Shown here: positions 10,131-20,422 of the stretch, in pieces | Layout of the letters: every line of letters begins with the position of its first letter | Numbering within the stretch: the stretch's first letter is position 1 | Source of the DNA: Escherichia virus TH37 | Direction: 5' to 3' (one strand) | Sequence record: MT446409.1 | DNA: 53,453 nt | The notes under the pieces: model-generated | Seen by the model: only the letters and a program-made list of their open reading frames with translations | What the model was told of the DNA's origin: nothing | Database searches by the model: none | Translations under genes and position numbers: made by a program

Positions 10131-10477
10131 GTTAAGTAATCCTCAAGATTCCCGTAATCGGAGATAGCAATGAAAGAAATTCTCACTTCACGCTCACGGA
10201 AATCAGCATCAATGTTTATAGAGATAAGTTGTTGAACACCAGGAGTGCTTCGAATGATGTTGGCGATAGCCGCCTCAATGTCGGCAGTTCGAACAGTTTT
10301 AGTGAAGATTCCTTCAAACCAAGGAAGACCAGTGGTCGGGTCATGTTTCCATTCTCCGAACACCGTCAGTAATCTGCACTTAACTATTTGAGCAACTTCT
10401 TCTACACCACCAACCCTGGTTGCACCACGACCAATAATAATATCGTGGTTAGAATCTAATAGTAAGTTTCCAGCCAT
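10106..10477 (-). CDS. Baseplate wedge subunit (gpW / gp25-like)
   Basis: 123 aa between spike and J-like genes. Confidence 0.45.
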   Translation of the reverse strand: MAGNLLLDSNHDIIIGRGATRVGGVEEVAQIVKCRLLTVFGEWKHDPTTGLPWFEGIFTKTVRTADIEAAIANIIRSTPGVQQLISINIDADFREREVRISFIAISDYGNLEDYLTWQQSSTA

Positions 10478-11268
10478 TATTTCATCGGCCCTACATCGCC
10501 GCCTTCTGGGTTAGTGTGAGTGTGTTCGTTAACCGTGACCCCGTTAATGGTGAACGTACCCTGTTGAACCATGTTGCCTGTAATGGACATTGTTCCACCA
10601 CTGCCACCGGACACGGACATTCCACCAAGTACAGTGAGTGATTTGGTAACTGTTGTGTCGCCATCCAGAAGGATTTGCGGCGAGATAACAGACGCTTTCT
10701 CTGTCGCTTCAATTACTATCTCCGAATCTTTCGTGATTGTAATCTTTGCAGCACCAGTAATAAGTTCTACCTTTCCGTCACCATGAAGTGTCAGACGTTG
10801 GTCACGACTTGCATTTCGGAGTTCAGTAACTCCTGCATTAAATCCTGGTATTGCACCTGGAATTGGTTGTGTCCCAATAATACACACAGCAGAATTGTGA
10901 GAGAACAATTGGCTGAATGCTGGAGCAGGTCTTCCACCAATCATTCCAGCAGAGTCTTTATTCTCTGCCAGCCAATGTTCGATTCCACGTTGAGCAAAAT
11001 GAACATAGCAAGGAGTACCATCTGGGACTGGATGCGTTAAACTCCAGCCACCGCCCTGAATGAATTGTACGGGAACATTTCTGAGCCGCTTCTTCTTCTC
11101 CAGGGTGTAGGCATTGGTGTAGCCTGTGAACAGGTTTTCGATTGCAAGCTGCACCTCACATGTTTGAGTTACAGCATCGAAGTTATAAATATGGCCTGGG
11201 TATCCTGTGTTAACAGTTGCAGACTTTACATCGTTGTTATGACTCGCCATGTTCAAGCACACTCGCAT
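10477..11268 (-). CDS. Baseplate central spike (gpV/gp5-like) with C-terminal HTHTNPEGG apex motif
   Basis: 263 aa; beta-rich C-terminus with VNEHTHTNPEGGDVGP, like metal-binding spike tips. Confidence 0.55.
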   Translation of the reverse strand: MRVCLNMASHNNDVKSATVNTGYPGHIYNFDAVTQTCEVQLAIENLFTGYTNAYTLEKKKRLRNVPVQFIQGGGWSLTHPVPDGTPCYVHFAQRGIEHWLAENKDSAGMIGGRPAPAFSQLFSHNSAVCIIGTQPIPGAIPGFNAGVTELRNASRDQRLTLHGDGKVELITGAAKITITKDSEIVIEATEKASVISPQILLDGDTTVTKSLTVLGGMSVSGGSGGTMSITGNMVQQGTFTINGVTVNEHTHTNPEGGDVGPMK

Positions 11269-11599
11269 CTACGATGAAGAGAAACATTTGTCGCCAAGTG
11301 TAAACCTCTTCTCCTGGGCTTACAGTATTCGTAACGTACATATTCGGCAGTGGTGTACTGTATTGTTTAAGAATATCAATACCACCACGAATTGGGATTC
11401 CGTAAATCTTTTCAGATGCACCCCAAGCAAGGTCAAACATGTAACAGTTTAAATACTCGTTTAAATACAATGCAGACATTTTGACTGTGATTCCACGAAA
11501 CTCAAAAGATACATCCTTTGAAATATCGTATGGAACAGTCTTCACATATCCTGGAGGGAGTAGTGATAATATTTCTTGCAGTGCTTGTTGTTCTGTCAT
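11237..11599 (-). CDS. Hypothetical baseplate-associated protein
   Basis: 120 aa co-oriented ORF inside baseplate module. Confidence 0.3.
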   Translation of the reverse strand: MTEQQALQEILSLLPPGYVKTVPYDISKDVSFEFRGITVKMSALYLNEYLNCYMFDLAWGASEKIYGIPIRGGIDILKQYSTPLPNMYVTNTVSPGEEVYTWRQMFLFIVDASVLEHGES

Positions 11600-12546
11600 T
11601 TGAACAGCCTTCCTTTAACCGAGGACAGTGGAGATTCAAGTTTGGCAAGTTTGTCTTTCAACGTACCAAGTTGACTCACTGCCGTAGCACCTACTGCACC
11701 CAATCCAGGAAGAGAAATGCCAGCACCACCAAGAGCACCTATTCCAGCACTCTGTGCAATCTTTGCAAACTCTGAATAGTCTGTCATTGATTGCATTGCT
11801 TTTCGAGCTTCAATTGCGAGCGTATCTTCTCCGATAACTTGCAACTCTTCGACTGTGATTTCAACAGCCAATATTGCAGAAGTCATCTTGTCGGTTTTGG
11901 TTCGAATGCCTGTAACCACGCAATTCAAATAAGGTCCAACAATTGTAGAAATGTACAGCTTGGTTCCGTTTGCCCGAAAGCCATTAAACAATTCGTAGGT
12001 AGATTGGATTCGGTTGCTTGTTTCAAACGCAGAAGCAACAGCACCAGCAGCAGAGCCTAAGATTGGTATGATTGGGTTATTAAAGATTGCACCAGTTGCA
12101 ACAGATAGACCTTGTACCGATGCAGTCCACATGGCAGAGTTCTGCATGTTGGAAGCAACAGCAGTTAACTTAAGGACTCGGTTATGTTTGATGATGTGGT
12201 CACTGACTAAGAAGCCAGAGCTTACAGGAAACTTAGTAACTGTAGACTGCGCATCATGTTCTTCACTAACCATTGCATCAAACTTGAAAGAGTTAAAACT
12301 CTCTGGTGCATCTGTGGTGACAAGTGATTCCATTGCCTTGGATATTCCACCAAAGGCTTTGCCAAACAACCCTTCATCTTCCTTCTGTGCAACTGGCCCA
12401 TTAGACCACATAATTACGGACGGGTTGTGTCCATAACTAAAAGCCTTTGTTAGCGTGGAGATTCCATCGCCCAACAAACTTGTATCAATTAATGCCATTA
12501 GAAAGACTCCATCGACATTCCACTGTTTAAATACATTTGCTGCCAA
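11596..12546 (-). CDS. Putative baseplate hub protein (Mu gp44 / P2 gpD-like)
   Basis: 316 aa; position after tape measure and circulation-like gene. Confidence 0.35.
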   Translation of the reverse strand: MAANVFKQWNVDGVFLMALIDTSLLGDGISTLTKAFSYGHNPSVIMWSNGPVAQKEDEGLFGKAFGGISKAMESLVTTDAPESFNSFKFDAMVSEEHDAQSTVTKFPVSSGFLVSDHIIKHNRVLKLTAVASNMQNSAMWTASVQGLSVATGAIFNNPIIPILGSAAGAVASAFETSNRIQSTYELFNGFRANGTKLYISTIVGPYLNCVVTGIRTKTDKMTSAILAVEITVEELQVIGEDTLAIEARKAMQSMTDYSEFAKIAQSAGIGALGGAGISLPGLGAVGATAVSQLGTLKDKLAKLESPLSSVKGRLFK

Positions 12547-13604
12547 GCAGCTTCTTTACCACCCATAGCAGTATTGCCACCAAGCATTGCTGTGATGGTA
12601 GTCTGGAAGACAGTTTCATGGGTTGAGCCATGATGAACAACTTCTGTAATGAAGTATTTATCTTCCATAGCCCAGCGGAATACACTTTGGTCAGTGTTAA
12701 GAACAACACCCTTTCCGGTAACAGACGTTACACCATTTGCAAGCAGTTGCTCTCCCAACAATGGGGATACATCAAGAATCATTCCTGGTTGATAACTCGC
12801 ATTCAGAAATGTATTCAATGAATATGTTGCAATGCCAGCAATCGGGTTGCCTATAACTTGGTTAGCATCCAGTTTGATTGGTTCACGGTCTTTCGACATT
12901 CTGTCTACGGCATCTTTATTCCCGTAGGTATCTGGGAAGATTTGAATCTCACCAGTGGTTACTGAGAACAGAAGATTGTATTCACCAAGGAGGGTTCTGA
13001 ACTCTTCCAAGAATGTGTCATGAAATACACGACCAAGTTTAAGAACAGATTTGAAAACAGATTCATCAACACCAAAAGAAGAAATGGTTGAGAACCCATA
13101 GTCAGCACACATTGAACGAATGGCATCCTCAAGAGTTGCACCATTTGGAATGTCATTCATTTGAGTGAATTCTGTTGATGCACCATATGCTTTGGAAATG
13201 CAGAACAACTGTGTTACGTGTTCTGGTGGACGTCTGAACCCAACTGCGTTTGTAACTATGCCAGAAAAGATTGTCGGAAGTTTAGGACCAATTTCAATCC
13301 TTACTTCTGAATCAGCCTGTTCTGGACTTTGGTACTTACTATGACCAGCGTTTACTCCACGCTCGTCTTCGAAATATCCTGCACGAATTTCAATATACAT
13401 ATCACCATAGGTCTTGTCTTGAAGGAACTTCACTTCATCAACACCAAGGTTGTATAGAGTAATGTCGGCAGTGTCAGCAGGCCAACCAACAGTTGACCGG
13501 ATGGTGAAATCAATCTTGTGTGCTTTAAACACAGACTTTGTTTCAGGGTCATCCTTACGAGAGACAACTATCTCTATACCACGCATCCACGGCATGTTAT
13601 ACAC
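12498..13604 (-). CDS. Putative tail protein (DNA circulation-like, Mu gp43 position)
   Basis: 368 aa; first gene after tape measure gene. Confidence 0.35.
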   Translation of the reverse strand: MYNMPWMRGIEIVVSRKDDPETKSVFKAHKIDFTIRSTVGWPADTADITLYNLGVDEVKFLQDKTYGDMYIEIRAGYFEDERGVNAGHSKYQSPEQADSEVRIEIGPKLPTIFSGIVTNAVGFRRPPEHVTQLFCISKAYGASTEFTQMNDIPNGATLEDAIRSMCADYGFSTISSFGVDESVFKSVLKLGRVFHDTFLEEFRTLLGEYNLLFSVTTGEIQIFPDTYGNKDAVDRMSKDREPIKLDANQVIGNPIAGIATYSLNTFLNASYQPGMILDVSPLLGEQLLANGVTSVTGKGVVLNTDQSVFRWAMEDKYFITEVVHHGSTHETVFQTTITAMLGGNTAMGGKEAAWQQMYLNSGMSMESF

Positions 13605-13646
13605 CTATTGAAATTAATACATGTTCAAATAATATTAAAGAGGAAT

Positions 13647-13664
13647 GCCGAGATAAATCCCGGC
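13647..13664 (-). terminator. Terminator-like hairpin downstream of tape measure gene
   Basis: GCCGGGAT/ATCTCGGC stem (1 mismatch) followed by T-rich tract on minus strand. Confidence 0.3.
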
Positions 13665-13670
13665 ACTTTC

Positions 13671-16600
13671 TTATCTACGTTCCATTGCACCATTACCCAT
13701 GTTGATTGTTTGGGTAACAGTTTGACCGTTAGGAGTTGACACGGTTGCAGACGCTTGCTTGTTGTTCACAGTAGCTTTGACTTCAACGTTAACTACAGTG
13801 GCCTGGGTCTGACCATAAGACAGTCCATTTCTGGTGAAGCCAGTTGCACCTTCCGCAATAGAATCGCCCTGAGAAGCCCATTCACGGTACTTCTTGACGC
13901 GGTTCTGTGCCTGTAGAGGAACAGCATTGAGCCAGTCGGTTCCGTGTTTGTTGATAGCATCATCAACAGTTCCAGCACCATCCGTATACGCCGCCATAGC
14001 CTTCTCAGCGTCACCATTATAACGCTTGAGCATTGCATCGTAGTAGTCACGACCAACGCGAGCACGCTCTTCCAGAGAGTTATCACGGGCAGGTGTAACG
14101 CCAAATCCTGGGTCACGGGAAGTTGAATCAAGAACTTGCATACGACCTTTAGCACCAGTCGGTGATGTGACTACCGAACCGTCTGCGTTCAAATCGCGGT
14201 TCCCTGACTCTTCTCCTGCGATAAAGTCATAAACATTACGTTCTGCATCGGCTGCACCGTTGGAGGTCATACGCATCACTCTGGCTGCGTCACCGCCTGC
14301 CTCAATAAAGGTGCTGCCGTATGAGATTGCAGCTTGCGGAACAGCGTAACCAGGCAATACCCCAGCACGCTCCGTCTGCGCGATTCCTAGCTGTGCAACG
14401 CCTTCGGCATAGTTTGAGTCGGCCCCACGCTGAACGTTCTCCTGAGCCTCGCCCATGCTGTATTCTGTGCGGTCATAGGCACGAGCCATGCCGTCCAGTC
14501 CAGCCATTTGCATAGCGCCAGCGATACGCGCCTGACTCCAGCCCCGTTCCTGACCACGTTCACGCATTACCCGCGCTAAGGTCACAGGGTCGCCCTGTGC
14601 CTGCCTAATGTCGCCAATGGTGATAAGGCCACGGGTTCCCTGAACAATGTTCACAGCGCCGCTGGGGTCGCCATTTAGGAGGGTGTTATAGGCACTATGT
14701 GTGGTTTGATTCAGTCGGTTGGCTTGCTGGGAATTAAGTCCTAACATCTCCATGCCCTGTGACATAGAAGAGTATTCGTTAGGATTATTTACACCAGCAT
14801 CTAACGAATTGCCATAGAAGTCGTTCAGACCTTCCAGAGCTTCGTTACCAATTTGGGTAGCACCAATAGCCATACCAGCGACACGACCCCACGGAGTCAT
14901 CATCATGGCATTCATAGCGCCATTGGATAAAGAGCCAATACTGCCACCAGCTACGCCAGCAGCTAATGCCCCACCCATGCGACCGAAGTCATCGCCAAAA
15001 CTGCCACCAGCTTGCCACCCACGACGCCCACCACCGCCACCAGAACCACCACCGCTAATGCCATAGCTACTAGCATCAATGTTGTCCCAGAAGCCGCCTG
15101 AGCGCCCACCGTCGCCACCGCCGAAATCTGCATCCTGACCACGGAGCTTGTTTTCTTCCTGTGCTGCGAGGATACCTTTCTTAACTGACACTGCCATCAG
15201 GTCATTGCCAGTTGTGCTATCAGCGCCAACAGCAGAGGCTGTAGCAGCACCAACTCCAGCATCGGTACGGTTGCCTATGAATGGGTCATCAGGTGTGCCA
15301 GCAGCAGGAGAGTAGCCACGATTTGACCTCTGCTTAACATCCTTCCACAGGCCGTCACCAGTCATGGCAGCACGAGCACCCTTGATTAAATCATCATTGG
15401 ACAAGTCTGGATTAGCTTCAACAAACTCTCGACCAGCATTAAGACGACCAATAACAGAATCAATCTTATCTTTGTTGCGGTCGTACCATCCTTCATCCTT
15501 GTCAATCCACTCCGACTTCGTGGTATCGCCGATGGTTTGAGAAAACAATGCGCGCGAACGACCAGATACAAGCATCCCAAATTGAATTTGGTCCATGTAA
15601 TCTTTATGGTCACCCGCAGATAAGTTGGCAAACTTGCCAGCCCTTTGAGGGTTCTTGTGTTCCCAAATCGCGTCATCGCCGATAAGACCATCTGGGGAAT
15701 ACATGAACGACGGATAATTGTCATTTGTAATTGCGCCAGCTTGCTCAATGTCGAATCCAAATTCTTTGGCTACACGGTTACGAGCAATTTCTTCAGTTCG
15801 GTGACCAGCTTCGAACATTCTTTGGGTAAATTCGCTTGGTCCTTTTCCGCGTTGCAGGCCAACTTTATCAACCATTGCAGCCCAAGGTCTGGTATATTCG
15901 TTGTTGCCAAGGAATGAACCAACAGTTGAGCCTGTAATGTCATATTGTTTACGGAAGTCTAACCACTCCTGAGTACCCTGTTCCATATTATGAAACTTGA
16001 TTGGGCCTTGTTGTGGTTCAGGCTGAGGAACAGCGGAATCCAGGTTTGCGATTGCAATGCTCTCACGACGAGAGCGAGCAGAGTTCCAACTCGTTGGTGA
16101 ATCAAGCTGTGCAATAAACTCTGTAGATGGATTTAATTCAACAGGTCCAGTGTTTCTTAGACGTTCAGCAGGGTCGAAAGTCTTACTGATTTCAGCTTCA
16201 TTATATTGGTGAGCATTCTCAAGTACACCACGAATAGATGCACCAGAGTAACGAGGGTCATCACCAATATCTTTCTTTAGGTTGTCATAACCAGAACGAG
16301 CATCTGCAAGGTCTGTATAACGAGATGCAGAATCAAGAATCAAATCTCGGTCAGAAGATTGAGTGCGATATGCGTTCATCCCCCGTTCTGAACCACCAGC
16401 ATATACCTTAGCAGCAGATTTAACTACGCCAGATACATCTTGATATAAAGATTTACTTGCATCAGACCAACCTGGGGAGCCAGATAATGATGCAGATAAA
16501 GAATATTCAGCTTTAATGCCAGAACCCATAGAGCCTAAAGGTAGGCCAGATGCGTTAAGCGGTTGTCGGGGATGTTGAATATCACCAACAATAGATTCAG

Positions 16601-17345
16601 AACCAAGTTGAGGAAGAGAATCCATGTATGAAACTCTTGGCCCCGACTTATTACCTACATTCATTGCAGATACAGCAGCAACTTCACGGAAGTTTTGCGG
16701 CAATTCTGATTCTAAACGTTTGGCTACACGATAAACATCTCGTGCATAGCGGTCTGGGTCGTCATATTGTTGACGGTCAACATACATATGAGCAAGATAG
16801 CCCATAGATTTGGCAATATCTCCACGGTTTGTAGAGTATTCACCCATAATGTCACCAGCGTAATGACCAGGAAGTTCCGGCATTATATCTTGATGACCTG
16901 CCAGCGTATCACGCATGTACGCATTAAGCATTCCCCAATGACCTTCTGGTTTGTTTGGGTTTGCTTTAGGCATGTGCATCCACACATCATCGGTGGATAC
17001 ACCTAATTTCTCCATGTAGGCATGAACAGCTTCTACATGGTGACTTGGACCGTTCATTGCAGCATGGAATGTTTCAGTAAGCCCAGCACCAGAAATCATC
17101 TGTGCAACGTGAGCTGAGTCTGAAATCATGTCGGAAGTGCCATAAGAGATGCCATCATCTTCTGTATAGGTTTCTTCCATAAGCTGTGAATTTGTTTCCA
17201 TCCAACCAGAGGCAGCACTTGATTCAAGTTGCTGTGCCATATCTCGTTTGCGCATACCTGGATTGAATGACAGACCATATTGAGCACCTAAGCCAATCAA
17301 TTCGGCTTCGGACATTCTCATTAAATCTTTTATGTTATTAGCCAT
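13671..17345 (-). CDS. Tape-measure-like large tail protein with internal lambda-Exo/YqaJ nuclease domain, Gly-rich segment and C-terminal lytic transglycosylase domain
   Basis: 1224 aa between GT chaperone and baseplate genes; residues ~450-640 QGTQEWLDFRKQYDITGSTVGS...SPDGLIGDDAIWEHKNP...YMDQIQFGMLVSG collinear with lambda Exo; residues ~1040-1130 EESGNRDL...GAKGRMQV SLT-like. Confidence 0.6.
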   Translation of the reverse strand: MANNIKDLMRMSEAELIGLGAQYGLSFNPGMRKRDMAQQLESSAASGWMETNSQLMEETYTEDDGISYGTSDMISDSAHVAQMISGAGLTETFHAAMNGPSHHVEAVHAYMEKLGVSTDDVWMHMPKANPNKPEGHWGMLNAYMRDTLAGHQDIMPELPGHYAGDIMGEYSTNRGDIAKSMGYLAHMYVDRQQYDDPDRYARDVYRVAKRLESELPQNFREVAAVSAMNVGNKSGPRVSYMDSLPQLGSESIVGDIQHPRQPLNASGLPLGSMGSGIKAEYSLSASLSGSPGWSDASKSLYQDVSGVVKSAAKVYAGGSERGMNAYRTQSSDRDLILDSASRYTDLADARSGYDNLKKDIGDDPRYSGASIRGVLENAHQYNEAEISKTFDPAERLRNTGPVELNPSTEFIAQLDSPTSWNSARSRRESIAIANLDSAVPQPEPQQGPIKFHNMEQGTQEWLDFRKQYDITGSTVGSFLGNNEYTRPWAAMVDKVGLQRGKGPSEFTQRMFEAGHRTEEIARNRVAKEFGFDIEQAGAITNDNYPSFMYSPDGLIGDDAIWEHKNPQRAGKFANLSAGDHKDYMDQIQFGMLVSGRSRALFSQTIGDTTKSEWIDKDEGWYDRNKDKIDSVIGRLNAGREFVEANPDLSNDDLIKGARAAMTGDGLWKDVKQRSNRGYSPAAGTPDDPFIGNRTDAGVGAATASAVGADSTTGNDLMAVSVKKGILAAQEENKLRGQDADFGGGDGGRSGGFWDNIDASSYGISGGGSGGGGGRRGWQAGGSFGDDFGRMGGALAAGVAGGSIGSLSNGAMNAMMMTPWGRVAGMAIGATQIGNEALEGLNDFYGNSLDAGVNNPNEYSSMSQGMEMLGLNSQQANRLNQTTHSAYNTLLNGDPSGAVNIVQGTRGLITIGDIRQAQGDPVTLARVMRERGQERGWSQARIAGAMQMAGLDGMARAYDRTEYSMGEAQENVQRGADSNYAEGVAQLGIAQTERAGVLPGYAVPQAAISYGSTFIEAGGDAARVMRMTSNGAADAERNVYDFIAGEESGNRDLNADGSVVTSPTGAKGRMQVLDSTSRDPGFGVTPARDNSLEERARVGRDYYDAMLKRYNGDAEKAMAAYTDGAGTVDDAINKHGTDWLNAVPLQAQNRVKKYREWASQGDSIAEGATGFTRNGLSYGQTQATVVNVEVKATVNNKQASATVSTPNGQTVTQTINMGNGAMERR

Positions 17346-17972
17346 TGTCTTCTTCTTTAGGTTTTAATTCATTACGCAAATCAAGTATTGCGTGGAAGGT
17401 CAACAAATCCATAATAGAGTAGGTCCCATCTTGTAACTCTTTAAGAGAACAGAGTGAACTGTCCTCTATTACAGGACGGTGCAGGAAGTATTTTATTTCC
17501 GGGAACTTTGCAGTTAAATCGTTTCCGGACTCGAATTCTTCTGCTCGGCCATCTTGGATGCTTCCACCGCCTCCAATCGTCTGCGTTCGTTGAGTTCGAG
17601 CCCTTGCTTGAAAAAATCAAGGAAGTTCGATTCCAAAACAAATGCAAATACATGGTGCATGAGCATCAAGTTGCCGTTGTATTTCATCTGCATAGTGCGT
17701 GGAGTAACTTCGACACCATCAATGGTTGCCATACACACTACACGTTTAATTAATTCTGTTACTTCATTGCTCGTCCCACCTTGCTGCATTAAATAAATAA
17801 TGTCTGCAAAGTTATATTTATTCTCAACGAACGGGAAGATTGAAGTTCCGAGTTTCTGAACAAGCTCGACCTGGAGGTCAAGAGCCTGGCTGGCACCCAA
17901 TTGACGAGTACCAACCAAGACAACATCACCAGAGTCGGCTTGTAACTCGCGTTGACGAAGTTCACAAGCCAT
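17338..17972 (-). CDS. Tail assembly chaperone GT-like fusion made by programmed -1 frameshift at 17610-17616
   Basis: Heptamer T_TTT_TTC in the G frame; the -1 frame is open for 89 codons and its stop overlaps the tape measure ATG (17343-17345). Confidence 0.5.
17514..17972 (-). CDS. Tail assembly chaperone (gpG-like, short form)
   Basis: 152 aa between tube and tape measure genes; contains slippery TTTTTTC near 3' end. Confidence 0.5.
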   Translation of the reverse strand: MACELRQRELQADSGDVVLVGTRQLGASQALDLQVELVQKLGTSIFPFVENKYNFADIIYLMQQGGTSNEVTELIKRVVCMATIDGVEVTPRTMQMKYNGNLMLMHHVFAFVLESNFLDFFKQGLELNERRRLEAVEASKMAEQKNSSPETI

Positions 17973-17987
17973 GCTCTTACCTTAATG

Positions 17988-18443
17988 TTATACGCCGATT
18001 TCTGGATACTGACCAGTTACGATGGTGAGGCGCTCTACAAAGATAGCCCACATGTTGGATGTAAAGGTTACACCACGAACAATAGCAGGCTGTTGTAGGA
18101 TTGCACCGTTAACACCGTTAACCAATACGTCGCCCATCTTGTCAACCAATTGCAACTGCAAAGGTTCCCAGAGGGATTTGTTACCAGACAAACCAGTTGC
18201 ACGAGTAAGCTGTGCACGTTGGTAAAGGATTTCGTTCCAATCTGCCGTTTGCAGCAGTGGGAAAGTAATAACCCCAGACTGGTCAGCCGTGGTTGCTACA
18301 GCAAGTTTGCCGTAAGCATCCATAACAGGAACATGCTGTGGCACGTTGTAGCGTGCCGTAATTACAGATTGCCCTGCTTGAAAACCGTCTACACGAGCAC
18401 CGTCAATCAGGAGGTCTGTATTATAAAACGAATATTGCTTCAC
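17988..18443 (-). CDS. Tail tube protein
   Basis: 151 aa immediately downstream of sheath gene. Confidence 0.5.
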   Translation of the reverse strand: MKQYSFYNTDLLIDGARVDGFQAGQSVITARYNVPQHVPVMDAYGKLAVATTADQSGVITFPLLQTADWNEILYQRAQLTRATGLSGNKSLWEPLQLQLVDKMGDVLVNGVNGAILQQPAIVRGVTFTSNMWAIFVERLTIVTGQYPEIGV

Positions 18444-18452
18444 TGTTCACCC

Positions 18453-19901
18453 TTACTGAATGAAGTTGCCAGAGATTACAGCACCCTGGATTGCACCGGA
18501 ACCGATAGCAATAAAGGAAGTACCTTCCCAAATACGTTCACCCTTCTGCGACTGCAAGAGTTCTAACGGAGTCGAGATAACTTTGTAGCCTTCTGGATAG
18601 AAGGTGCCTTCGTTATCATAGCCAGGGGCAATGAGGCCGTTAGTCTTAGCGAGTTCGAGCGCCAGGGTTACTTGCTGGTTAACCATTGCTACACCAGTGT
18701 CCGTCCAAGGAATCTTGGTAGTGGAGGTGTAGAACAAGTTGAACACATTCAGTCGAACTTTCTGAGTCAGCCATTCAACACCCTGTACGGAGTCGAACCA
18801 CGTCCCATCAGCCATACGACCATTGAAGAACATGGTGTTACCAGCAACAGAAATGAATGCGTTACCGCCACAAGCCAGCAGTGCGCTTACCTGACCAGAA
18901 GACAAGTCAGCAGTGGAGATACCTGGACCTTTCTTGTATGCCAGAATGAGAACGGAGTTTGCAACGTTGAAGTTAACAGTCGATGCACGACCCAGGATAG
19001 AAATTTCCGGATACTCATCACCATTCGTAGAAGCATCGTAAACACACAGAGTGTTACGCAGGTTCTGGTTCTTAGCACGACGGAAGCTGTTATCAGTGCC
19101 GTTGACAAGAATGTTCTTGTCGTTATCACCCCAGCCAAATACTTTGCGGGATGCTTCACACCACTTCGCCACAGACATTTGGTTGTCTACTGGAGAGGTT
19201 TTGCCACGATACTGGCGGTCAAGGCCTACATAGAAGAAGTTGAATGGAGCATCTGCAATATTAGACAGGTCAGAAGAAATAGACAATTCGTTCTTACCAG
19301 CAACAATGACTGCGCTGTCAGAAGATTGCAGTTTCAGTACTTCACCAACTTTACCACCAACGTTGCTGATAGTTGCGTTGATGCCAGTTGCAGAAGTGGT
19401 CAGCTTGAACTTGCCAGCTTCCTGGGTAACAGTTACGCCAGCACCAACAGAGGACAGTGCGGTAGTTACCAAATTTGCAACTCCGTCGAAGTCTTCAGCA
19501 GAGGAGAAATCAATCGGGTCAGTAACATACTGAACACCGCTAACACTTAGCTGCAATGTTGCAGCAGTTTCCAGCTTAATCGTTGCCAGTACAGCAGCAG
19601 TTGCAGCAGTAATAGTGGCAGGAGTTGCTGGAGTCAGAGTATCATACTTGATAGCGCCGACCAGGAAAGTCTTCGGAGTTGGCTTCTGCGAGTACCAAGA
19701 GGTAGCAGCTTTAGCAATCTCACCACCAGGGAAGTCTGCAAGAACTTCTTTCAAGCTGGTGTAAGAGCGAACCGGATATACATCAACGGTCGGTACAAAC
19801 TCTTTGCTCAGGAAGAGCAACGGCCCAAAACCATCAGTCGCAATGGCGTTCGGGGAGATTGCGATATCAACCTGAACTAAGTCGGAAATTGGGATTGACA
19901 T
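18453..19901 (-). CDS. Contractile tail sheath protein
   Basis: 482 aa, size and position (sheath-tube-chaperone-tape measure order). Confidence 0.6.
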   Translation of the reverse strand: MSIPISDLVQVDIAISPNAIATDGFGPLLFLSKEFVPTVDVYPVRSYTSLKEVLADFPGGEIAKAATSWYSQKPTPKTFLVGAIKYDTLTPATPATITAATAAVLATIKLETAATLQLSVSGVQYVTDPIDFSSAEDFDGVANLVTTALSSVGAGVTVTQEAGKFKLTTSATGINATISNVGGKVGEVLKLQSSDSAVIVAGKNELSISSDLSNIADAPFNFFYVGLDRQYRGKTSPVDNQMSVAKWCEASRKVFGWGDNDKNILVNGTDNSFRRAKNQNLRNTLCVYDASTNGDEYPEISILGRASTVNFNVANSVLILAYKKGPGISTADLSSGQVSALLACGGNAFISVAGNTMFFNGRMADGTWFDSVQGVEWLTQKVRLNVFNLFYTSTTKIPWTDTGVAMVNQQVTLALELAKTNGLIAPGYDNEGTFYPEGYKVISTPLELLQSQKGERIWEGTSFIAIGSGAIQGAVISGNFIQ

Positions 19902-19903
19902 TA

Positions 19904-20422
19904 TTAAACCTTTTTGGTTGTGATAAGTGTATTACCATCATAGAAGTTGCCACCAACATATGCGCCAGACATGACTCCGATAGGACTCAAATCTTCACGA
20001 ATAATATTGAATTGCATTTTAACCGCTTGGCGAACTTCCCAATTGGTTTCCATTTGTATGGTGGCAAGATTTAAAGGTTCTTTACCAAGAGCAGCAAACT
20101 TCTCCTGCTTCAATTTGGCTTGAACATCGGGACGGTAAAACGAATTATCAAACTTGATAAATTCATCACCCTCACGAGAAAACAATATTGCAAATGTCAG
20201 AATACGAACACCACGAGTACGGAACATTTCTTCACCATCAATGGTTACTATCCTGTTCTCGTCAAAGCCTGGGTTGGTGCTTGATAAACATTTGATTGCG
20301 GCATACTCTCCATGGGGTCTGGGAGCATTGATTTGCATGTTGTAGGTAAACTGTGGAATACCTACACACACATCTACAATCTCTTTCATGGACTGTAGTT
20401 CTTCGAGTCGAATATCCATCAC
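19904..20422 (-). CDS. Hypothetical virion protein (tail completion/neck candidate)
   Basis: 172 aa co-oriented ORF between head and sheath genes. Confidence 0.3.
   Translation of the reverse strand: MMDIRLEELQSMKEIVDVCVGIPQFTYNMQINAPRPHGEYAAIKCLSSTNPGFDENRIVTIDGEEMFRTRGVRILTFAILFSREGDEFIKFDNSFYRPDVQAKLKQEKFAALGKEPLNLATIQMETNWEVRQAVKMQFNIIREDLSPIGVMSGAYVGGNFYDGNTLITTKKV

Noticed and set aside
17441-17653. Minus-strand 70-aa ORF overlapping the chaperone gene 3' end
   Set aside because: It is in the wrong frame for the frameshift product; the TTTTTTC -1 frame is the other overlapping frame, and this ORF has junk-like composition
18672-19550. Long plus-strand ORF (292 aa) inside the tail sheath gene
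   Set aside because: Antisense to a well-supported structural gene in a genome where all supported genes are on the minus strand
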